A stretch of DNA of 32,000 nt, taken from Methanococcus maripaludis (GTDB lineage: Archaea; AGJL01; Methanococci; Methanococcales; Methanococcaceae). Shown in pieces: positions 25,429 through 32,000 of this stretch. Positions within the stretch are counted from its first letter, which is position 1. Each line of letters starts with the position of its first letter. Where the stretch lies: NCBI RefSeq assembly GCF_002945325.1, contig NZ_CP026606.1, positions 390,001 through 422,000 of the forward strand, in the 5' to 3' direction. The notes under the pieces were generated by a model. That model was not told where the DNA came from and ran no database searches. It saw only the letters and a program-made list of their open reading frames with translations. A program made the translations under genes and the position numbers.

Positions 25429-27279
25429 TTAACATTCATAAATTATTTTTCCAGTATCTTTTGACTTTTTAAACGGAAGTTCTTCTTTTTTGAGTGTTTC
25501 TATAAATTTAATTATGTCTTCGTCGTACAATTTCTCTTTAGGTATTAAAAGATCGTAATATTCATCTGCAATAGGGATAAATTCAAGACCGTAGTGGTCA
25601 GAAATCGTACTTATTCCAAGACCAATCTGTGCTTTACCCATCGAAACCGCTGCCCCAACTGCAGAATGGGTTTTTGCCTCGATATCATACCCATCAATTG
25701 AATTTTTATCGACATTGTTCTCTTTTAAAAATTTATCAAAGAGAATCCTCGTTCCAGAACCTTTATTTCTATTAATTATCCGGTAATCTCGAATTTTTTC
25801 GATTAAATCATCTATTGATTTTATTCCAAGCTCTTTTTTAAACATAAAACCCTGTTCACGGATATATCCCCTGACTAAAACAGCATCTGATACATTGTAC
25901 TTTTTAAGGTAAGATATATTATATTCGCCATTGTTGTCTAAAAGGTGAATTCCTGCAATATCAGCTTCTTTTCTTTTTACAGCCATTATTCCGCCAAGCG
26001 ATCCAGTATTTACAGTTCTTGCAAGAATCTGACCTTTCCTTAGTATTCTGTCAATTCCGACACAGTGGCTTCCAATAATATTAAGCCCAATTCTAATGTC
26101 GCCAAACATGTGAACATCAAATATCTCATCTTCGACAATTTCCTTGTTTTCGGGAATTATAATGTATCCATCAGCATAAGTAAGCGAAGTTATTGCTTCA
26201 CTTCCCTTTAAAACAGGGTATGCACCGTAACCATCTTTTCCACGAATTATTGAGACTGGAAGGTATTCTTCCCTTCCCTTAGCAGACATGTATCTATTAT
26301 AGACCTGTGCCCGCATTGTTTTTCCTTTTTCATTGAATAAAACGTCAAAAATTGTTAAACACGATGTTGGATATCCTGGAAGCCCCACAACCAGTTTTTT
26401 TCCAATTCTTCCGATAATAGTTGGTTTTCCAGGTTTTATTTTTATTCCGTGTACTAAGATTTCCCCGCCGAGTTCTTCGATTGCAGTACTCGTTAAATCG
26501 CCAACTCCTGCAGAAGTTCCGCCACTTAACAGGATTACATCCTCATTCATTGCTTTTTTCAATTTTTCCATTAAATCTTCTTTATTATCCCTTACAATCC
26601 CATAAAAATTAAAATTCCATCCTTTTTGTAAAATAGATGATGCTATCGTGTAGGTATTTACGTCATAAATTTTATAAGGTTCTAATTTCTCATCAGGGTT
26701 TATAAGTTCATTTCCAGTAGATAATAACCCGATGCTTGGATTTTTAAATACTTTCAACTTATTTTTTCCAACAGCAGATATTGCACCGATATCTCTTGGA
26801 GAAATAACAGTATTTTTTCGCATTATAAGTTCCCCAACCATTATATCGTTTCCACAGGGCTGGATATTTTCATGCGGAGAAACTGCTTTATAGAGTTTTA
26901 CCGAATTGCCATTAATTTCTGCAAATTCTACCATAACTACTGCATCAGCACCTTTTGGAAGAGGGGCCCCTGTTGCAATCTCCATACACTGTCCTGAAGC
27001 TATTTCTAAATCAGAATTTCCTCCAGCACGTATTTTATCAATTATTTCAAGAGTAACAGGTTTATCCTCTTCAACTTCATAAGTATCCTTTGCCCTCACG
27101 GCATAACCATCCATTCTTGAACGGTCAAACGGAGGCACATCTACATTTGAAACTATGTCTTCTGCAAGCATCCTTCCCGGAAGTTCAAAAAGACTTATTT
27201 CTTCAGTGCTTAATTCATTTAAAAGAGTCCTTACAACTTCTTTAGCATGATCAATTGTACAAAGTTCTAGGTATCTCAA
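25429..27279 (-). CDS. moeA: Molybdopterin molybdenum/tungsten transferase MoeA fused to a C-terminal periplasmic-binding-protein-like (oxyanion-binding) domain
   Basis: 616 aa. MoeA motifs are present: [43 protein letters not shown] and KPGKP. A further domain of about 210 aa ([14 protein letters not shown]...GSGTRILFD) resembles PBP-type substrate-binding domains. Confidence 0.85.
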   Translation of the reverse strand: MRYLELCTIDHAKEVVRTLLNELSTEEISLFELPGRMLAEDIVSNVDVPPFDRSRMDGYAVRAKDTYEVEEDKPVTLEIIDKIRAGGNSDLEIASGQCMEIATGAPLPKGADAVVMVEFAEINGNSVKLYKAVSPHENIQPCGNDIMVGELIMRKNTVISPRDIGAISAVGKNKLKVFKNPSIGLLSTGNELINPDEKLEPYKIYDVNTYTIASSILQKGWNFNFYGIVRDNKEDLMEKLKKAMNEDVILLSGGTSAGVGDLTSTAIEELGGEILVHGIKIKPGKPTIIGRIGKKLVVGLPGYPTSCLTIFDVLFNEKGKTMRAQVYNRYMSAKGREEYLPVSIIRGKDGYGAYPVLKGSEAITSLTYADGYIIIPENKEIVEDEIFDVHMFGDIRIGLNIIGSHCVGIDRILRKGQILARTVNTGSLGGIMAVKRKEADIAGIHLLDNNGEYNISYLKKYNVSDAVLVRGYIREQGFMFKKELGIKSIDDLIEKIRDYRIINRNKGSGTRILFDKFLKENNVDKNSIDGYDIEAKTHSAVGAAVSMGKAQIGLGISTISDHYGLEFIPIADEYYDLLIPKEKLYDEDIIKFIETLKKEELPFKKSKDTGKIIYEC

Positions 27280-27305
27280 GATATCACCAAATACTTAAAA
27301 ATAAA

Positions 27306-28316
27306 TTAAAGTATCATATCGATTTTTCTACCGCATTTTTGACATTTTGGAGTTTTCGAGGATGTATCAAGATGTAATTTTGGTTTTTGATGTCCAAAAC
27401 GATCCACGACTACAGATTTACAGTCCGGACAGTAAGTGTCATAACCTGCACTAAATGGAACATTTCCAGCATATACATAGTTTAATCCAGCATTTAACGC
27501 CATATCTCTTGCTTTTTTGATTACACCTATGCCCGTAGATGGAACTGTTGTCAATTTATAGTGTGGGTAAAATGCAGTGAAATGAAGCGGAGTGTCGACT
27601 CCAAGTTCATCTTTTACAAAATTTATTATGAATTCTATGTCTTTTGGATTATCATTGTACGTTGGAACGATTAAATTAGTAATTTCAACATGAATCCCCA
27701 GTTTTTTTGCTAAAATGCAAGTTTCAAGCACCGGTTCTAATTCTGCAAAACATATTTTTTTATAAAATTCACTATTTCCTTTTATATCAATATTCATCGC
27801 ATCAATTGCCAGCTTTTTCAAAGGTTCCTTTTCAATGTAACCATTTGTAACCATTACATTAAATAAATCGTTATTTTTTGCTATTTTCGCGGTTTCCTGC
27901 ATAAATTCATAAAATATGGTTGGTTCAGTATAAGTATACGCAATTCCTTCGCATAAATAATTTTTAGCAAGATCAACAACATCCTCAGGAGTTAATTCAC
28001 TAAAAGGAACATCTTCAGGCAACGACTGGCTTATTTCCCAGTTTTGACAGTGTTTACACCTGAAATTACACCCTGCAGTTGCGATTGAAAAAACGCTTGT
28101 ACCAGGTTTATAATTAAATAAAGGTTTTTTTTCTATTGGATCAACTGCTGTTGCACATATTTTTCCATAATTTACGGCATAAAGTTTGCAGTCAATGTTT
28201 TCACGACCACCGCATATACCCCGTCTTCCAGAAGAAATTACGCAGTGTTTCGGGCATAAATTACATTTTACCTTGCAATTTTCAAGTTTTTCGTAAAAAA
28301 GCGCTTCTTTTAACAT
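27306..28316 (-). CDS. AmmeMemoRadiSam system radical SAM enzyme (PflA-like activase family)
   Basis: Three Cys-bearing regions are present: the N-terminal Cys cluster VKCNLCPKHCVISSGRRGICG, the radical-SAM motif CNFRCKHCQNWEIS, and the C-terminal zinc-ribbon-like YCPDCKS...PKCQKCG. The track start is TTG 28334. ATG 28316 (MLKEALFYEKL) is more likely. Confidence 0.85.
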   Translation of the reverse strand: MLKEALFYEKLENCKVKCNLCPKHCVISSGRRGICGGRENIDCKLYAVNYGKICATAVDPIEKKPLFNYKPGTSVFSIATAGCNFRCKHCQNWEISQSLPEDVPFSELTPEDVVDLAKNYLCEGIAYTYTEPTIFYEFMQETAKIAKNNDLFNVMVTNGYIEKEPLKKLAIDAMNIDIKGNSEFYKKICFAELEPVLETCILAKKLGIHVEITNLIVPTYNDNPKDIEFIINFVKDELGVDTPLHFTAFYPHYKLTTVPSTGIGVIKKARDMALNAGLNYVYAGNVPFSAGYDTYCPDCKSVVVDRFGHQKPKLHLDTSSKTPKCQKCGRKIDMIL

Positions 28317-28330
28317 CAAATCACTTCTTA

Positions 28331-28855
28331 TCAAAGGTGATCATCTAAATTAAACATTTCCGTTATTGTCATCAGCACCTTGTTTTTGTGGATTATATTG
28401 TATGTTCTTTGGGGAATTTTAATCCTTTTTGGATTCAGTTTATTTTTAACAACATCTGGAACTTCTTTTACAGCTATTTCGACGATTTCTCGCCGTGTTT
28501 CTAAATTGTGAATCTTTAAAATTTTTCCAATAGGGATATCTGCCGAAAGAAGATCTTTTTTTATTTTTTCGCGTATATGTATTTCATCTATGCGGTTTAA
28601 TGGCGTCTCTGAAGTTGCATATATTAATGGAATTCCATTTACTCCAAGCAATACTGCTCTATAATTTACATTATCAATTATCTCTTGATACAATGTTTCA
28701 ACAACAACTTCGTCGCCGAAAAGAATTTCCAAAAGGTTTGTAATACTTCCATCAGTCCCGAGAAGAATTTTTTCTTCGTTATTTAACTCGTGTATTTTTG
28801 AAAGGTCACCTATGACAATATGAGGCTTTAAATATCTATCATCCATAATTTCCAC
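28331..28855 (-). CDS. DUF98 / chorismate-pyruvate-lyase-fold protein
   Basis: 174 aa. LLGTDGSITNLLEILFG, YRAVLL, PLIYATS, IPIGKIL and ETRREI fit the DUF98 (UbiC/Rv2949c-like fold) pattern. The stop lies 15 nt before the radical SAM ATG. Confidence 0.7.
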   Translation of the reverse strand: MEIMDDRYLKPHIVIGDLSKIHELNNEEKILLGTDGSITNLLEILFGDEVVVETLYQEIIDNVNYRAVLLGVNGIPLIYATSETPLNRIDEIHIREKIKKDLLSADIPIGKILKIHNLETRREIVEIAVKEVPDVVKNKLNPKRIKIPQRTYNIIHKNKVLMTITEMFNLDDHL

Positions 28856-28879
28856 TAATTGTTATCAATAAATTAAAAA

Positions 28880-29482
28880 TTAAAGTTCTTCTTCAACGAT
28901 TTCTTTTATTTTCATTTCTTTTAATTTGTCGTATAATTCAGTAGCTTTTGCTTTTAAGTCATTTATTTCAGCGTAAGTTCTCAAAAGCTCTTGGTGTTTT
29001 TCAGCACTTACTCTCGCATTTTCGAGCACTTTTTTGTGTTCTTCTGAAGACTGGTTTACAAGAACTGAAATTCCATCAGACATTGTCTTTATCGTTTCAT
29101 TTAAGTCTTCTAACTCTACTGCTCTTTCGTATAACTTTCTGTGTGACTCGATTTCTCTAATCATGTCTTTTTCTTGATCCATAGACATTGGTTTAGTTTG
29201 AAGAGTAGTTTCTAACTGTTCTATTTTTTGTGCGAGATAAGACTTACTTATTTTCATTGATTTGAATTCAGCCAGCATATCAGCTCTTTTTTGCTTTAGG
29301 AGCCTGATATTTTCAATCTGATCTTTAACGTTTATATTTATATCTTCCCTTAAATCCTTGTATTTTTTAACGTCGTCGTTTGCTCTGTCCCTGATTTCTT
29401 TTAATTCTTTGGCATTTTCATACAATTCTTTTATCTGTGTATTTATTTCGTCAAGTTTAATTTTTATCGTATTGTAATCCAT
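28880..29482 (-). CDS. Archaeal coiled-coil protein (COG1340-like), function unknown
   Basis: About 200 aa of heptad-rich Lys/Glu sequence (IKLDEINTQIKELYENAKELKEIRDRAND...). I chose ATG 29482 (MDYNTIK) over track ATG 29509 for two reasons. A TATA-like TTTATATAT (29539-29531) would place the transcription start near or after 29509, and GGGGGT precedes 29482. Confidence 0.6.
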   Translation of the reverse strand: MDYNTIKIKLDEINTQIKELYENAKELKEIRDRANDDVKKYKDLREDININVKDQIENIRLLKQKRADMLAEFKSMKISKSYLAQKIEQLETTLQTKPMSMDQEKDMIREIESHRKLYERAVELEDLNETIKTMSDGISVLVNQSSEEHKKVLENARVSAEKHQELLRTYAEINDLKAKATELYDKLKEMKIKEIVEEEL

Positions 29483-29558
29483 TTTCAACACCGAACCCCC
29501 ATTTAACATATTATAAATTTTTGTTGTAAGATATATAAATATTTTTATTTAAAACAAA

Positions 29559-29607
29559 GCAAAAAAGTTCGAAAAAAGCTGTTTTACGTCAAAAAAGCTG
29601 AAAAAAG
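29559..29607 (-). terminator. Oligo-T terminator array downstream of serB
   Basis: Four T6 runs on the minus strand (complements of 29601-29606, 29591-29596, 29572-29577, 29561-29566) follow the TAA at 29610-29608. They lie in the repeated contexts AACTTTTTT and CAGCTTTTTT. Confidence 0.5.
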
Positions 29608-30249
29608 TTAGTTAATGTGGTTCAATATTTCTTTTAAGTCCTTTTTATCGATACAAATGTCCGCCTTCGATCTTAAAATTTCTTTCGCGCAGAAAGCTAT
29701 TTTAAAGCCTGCTTTCTCAAACATGCTTATGTCGTTTGCCCCATCCCCGACTACAACCGTGTTTTTAAGAGAAATATTTTCATTTGCTGCAATTTTTTCC
29801 AATATGTCGCCTTTAGCAGTTTTACTCATTACTGGGCCGATTACTTCGCCTGTTAAAATTCCATTTTCAGACAAAAGAGTATTTGCATAAGAATAATCAA
29901 GTCCCAATACTTTTTTAACATGTTCAGCCCCAAAATCAAATCCACCACTAACAACAGCTGTAATATACCCTTGTTTTTTGAGTTCCAATATTAATTCCGG
30001 CGCACCATTCATTACAGGAATTTTTTCTGCAAATTTATAAAGTTTTTCAACAGGAATTCCTTTTAATAGTTTTACCCGTCTTCTTAATGATTCTTCAAAA
30101 TTTATATTGCCTTTCATTGCTTCGTTAGTTATTTTTTTAATTTCCGATTCGACACCTGCAAATTTTGCAATTTCATCAATTACCTCGCAGTCCGCAAGTG
30201 TACTATCTAAATCAAATAAAATAAGTTTTTTTACTAAATTATCTGTCAT
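29608..30249 (-). CDS. serB: Phosphoserine phosphatase (HAD superfamily)
   Basis: 213 aa. Contains HAD motif I LILFDLDSTL, motif II VVSGGF, and motifs III/IV K...GDGANDISMF. The size and motifs match the Methanocaldococcus PSP type. Confidence 0.9.
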   Translation of the reverse strand: MTDNLVKKLILFDLDSTLADCEVIDEIAKFAGVESEIKKITNEAMKGNINFEESLRRRVKLLKGIPVEKLYKFAEKIPVMNGAPELILELKKQGYITAVVSGGFDFGAEHVKKVLGLDYSYANTLLSENGILTGEVIGPVMSKTAKGDILEKIAANENISLKNTVVVGDGANDISMFEKAGFKIAFCAKEILRSKADICIDKKDLKEILNHIN

Positions 30250-30285
30250 TATTCCACCAATCGGTAAAAAGAAAAGTAAAAATAA

Positions 30286-31026
30286 TTATTTTAAGCATCC
30301 GATTCTTTCAGCAACGATTTTGTATTTTTCTAAAACATCGCCTAAGTCTTTTCTAAATACATCCTTATCTAACACATCTTTTGTTTCTTTGTCCCAAAGT
30401 CTCATTGTATCGGGGCTTATTTCATCAGCTACAACGATTTGTCCATCCGCGGTTTTTCCAACCTCGATTTTGAAATCAACTAACATTATTCCTTTTTCAT
30501 CAAAAAATCCTTTTAAAACGTCGTTTACTTTTAACGCGAGTTTTTTAATTTCAACCAATTCTTCTTCTGTTGCAAGCCCAAGTTCAATTGCAATTTCATT
30601 ATTTAACATTGGGTCCCCATAGTCGTCATTTTTGTAATCGTACTGTGTAACTGCCGTTTTTAATACCTGTCCTTGTTCGAATGGGTATTTTTTGCAGAGG
30701 CTTCCTGCAGCAATGTTTCTTACAATTACTTCTAAAGGAATTATTTTAACATTTTTTGCAATCATTATGTTTGGTTCGATGTATTCTATCAAATGTGTTG
30801 GAACGTTATTTTTTTCAAGCACGTTGAAAAGTTCTGTTGAAATTAACGTGTTTAAATATCCTTTTCCAGATTTTACGTCGTGTTTTGCACCGTTTCCAGC
30901 AGTTATATCGTCCCTAAATTCCACCAGAACTTCTTTTTCATTTTCTTCAATTTTGTAAATTGATTTTGCCTTTCCAGCATAAATTGGTTCATTTGCGAGT
31001 ATTTTTGAAATATCATATTTTGACAT
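30286..31026 (-). CDS. purC: Phosphoribosylaminoimidazole-succinocarboxamide (SAICAR) synthase
   Basis: 246 aa. Contains YAGKAKSIY, EFRDDITAGNGAK, IIPLEVIVRNIAAGS, LVDFKIEVG and ADEISPDTMRLWD. Confidence 0.95.
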   Translation of the reverse strand: MSKYDISKILANEPIYAGKAKSIYKIEENEKEVLVEFRDDITAGNGAKHDVKSGKGYLNTLISTELFNVLEKNNVPTHLIEYIEPNIMIAKNVKIIPLEVIVRNIAAGSLCKKYPFEQGQVLKTAVTQYDYKNDDYGDPMLNNEIAIELGLATEEELVEIKKLALKVNDVLKGFFDEKGIMLVDFKIEVGKTADGQIVVADEISPDTMRLWDKETKDVLDKDVFRKDLGDVLEKYKIVAERIGCLK

Positions 31027-31124
31027 GATTTCACCAGATCTTCAAATTATAATATAATAACAATTATTGTTATAAATTAGATAGTAAAAATAAAAAAATC
31101 GAGAAGTAATGTGTTATATTTAAG

Positions 31125-32000
31125 TTATACTCTTTTTGCAACTTCCTGACCCATTTCACTTGTTGAAAGAGTACCGCCTAAATCAGGTGTTGTTAAACCA
31201 AGGCTTAAAACTTCTTCAAGAGCTTTTTCGACTTTTTCAGCAGCTTCATTTTCTTTTAAATATCTTAACATCATTACTGCGGTTAATATTGTTGCAGTTG
31301 GATTTGCAAGTCCTTTTCCAGCGATATCTGGAGCTGAACCGTGGATTGGTTCAAAAAGACCGTATTTGTCACCAACATTTCCAGATGGTGCCATTCCAAG
31401 TCCGCCAACCATTCCAACAGCCCCGTCTGACAAAATGTCTCCAAATAAATTCGATGTAACAACTATGTCAAATGTTTCAGGTCTTGAAATTATAAACATG
31501 TTCATTGCATCGACATAAAAGTCTTCAGTTTGTATATCTTTGTAATCATTTGAAACTTCGTAGAATGTTTTCTTAAATAACCCATCAGTTATTTTTAAAA
31601 CGTTTGCTTTGTGTGCACATGTGACTTTTCCGGCAGTTCCTTGTTTTTTCCTGTCTTTTGCCATTTCAAATGCGTGTTTGAATATTCTTTCAGATGCATC
31701 TTTGGTAATAACCCTTGTTGCAACGGTAACTCCGTCTGCAATTTCAGCTTCAATGCCTTTATAGAGGCCTTCTGTGTTTTCCCTTACTATTATGTAGTCG
31801 ATACCTGTTTTTAGGCAGTTTATTCCATTGTATGATTTTACTGGCCGTATATTTGCATAAGTATCCAATATTTTTCTCAATTTTACAATAACATCAGCGG
31901 CAGTCTCTCCAGCAGCACCGAATAATATTGCATCAGCAGCTTTTGCAGCAACAATTGTTTCTTCTGGAAGTGCTACTCCTGTTTTTTCAAATACCTCGTC
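31125..32000 (-). CDS. Isopropylmalate/homoisocitrate dehydrogenase family enzyme (LeuB or AksF); the N-terminal part lies beyond the window edge
   Basis: Contains the signature NLFGDILSD, plus YANIRPVKS, IVRENTEGLY and GSAPDIAGKGLANP. Hand translation shows the frame stays open from 31880 to 32000 (...DEVFEKTGVALPEETIVAAKAADAILFGAAGE...). The 'M' in the track is therefore an internal TTG. Confidence 0.9.
   Translation of the reverse strand, partial: DEVFEKTGVALPEETIVAAKAADAILFGAAGETAADVIVKLRKILDTYANIRPVKSYNGINCLKTGIDYIIVRENTEGLYKGIEAEIADGVTVATRVITKDASERIFKHAFEMAKDRKKQGTAGKVTCAHKANVLKITDGLFKKTFYEVSNDYKDIQTEDFYVDAMNMFIISRPETFDIVVTSNLFGDILSDGAVGMVGGLGMAPSGNVGDKYGLFEPIHGSAPDIAGKGLANPTATILTAVMMLRYLKENEAAEKVEKALEEVLSLGLTTPDLGGTLSTSEMGQEVAKRV

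Noticed and set aside
30107-30622. 171-aa plus-strand ORF spanning the serB-purC junction
   Set aside because: It overlaps two strongly supported minus-strand enzymes. It has Ser/Phe/Ile-rich shadow composition and would need to read through their intergenic spacer.
1-32000. Search for tRNA, rRNA, CRISPR repeats, transposases/integrases, toxin-antitoxin or defence-system genes
   Set aside because: No GC-rich structured segment of tRNA or rRNA size occurs in any spacer. There are no regularly spaced direct repeats outside the beta-helix gene. No ORF shows DDE/tyrosine-recombinase, nuclease-NTPase defence or TA-like features. The window looks like core chromosome.

Overview
This is an AT-rich (roughly one-third GC by eye) archaeal chromosomal segment. 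It holds about 37 tightly packed protein-coding genes separated by short spacers rich in oligo-T. The gene content points to a Methanococcus, most likely M. maripaludis or a close relative. Supporting genes are a 230-aa FlaK preflagellin peptidase with Asp18/Asp79, Methanococcales-type S-layer modules, the Moco genes mobA/moaA/moeA, UPF0146, a Taw2-like methyltransferase and AmmeMemoRadiSam components. Most genes are housekeeping: FKBP, argF, hisB, purC, serB, an isopropylmalate/homoisocitrate dehydrogenase, a RecJ-like nuclease and a polar amino-acid ABC transporter. I found no rRNA, tRNA, CRISPR array, transposase, integrase or obvious prophage or defence content, so this reads as core chromosome rather than an accessory island. 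I cannot point to a clear-cut novel system. Three candidates are worth follow-up. (1) A co-directional six-gene cluster at 4544-9623 encodes an XRE-cupin regulator, a hotdog thioesterase, an ANL acyl-CoA ligase, a protein with a KH-like motif and a degenerate PP-loop-like domain, a COG1821/MfnD-like ATP-grasp ligase and a small unknown protein. It looks like an uncharacterised carboxylate-activation and amide-ligation pathway. (2) A minus-strand block at 24601-29509 links the function-unknown AmmeMemoRadiSam radical SAM enzyme and AMMECR1 with a DUF98 chorismate-lyase-fold protein and a MoeA-PBP fusion. (3) A 1071-aa secreted protein with two beta-helix modules carries a Methanococcus S-layer-type C-terminal module, about 39 N-glycosylation sequons, exact intragenic repeats and a G8 homopolymer tract. 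All functional calls come from reading motifs in the supplied translations. No database search or alignment was run.
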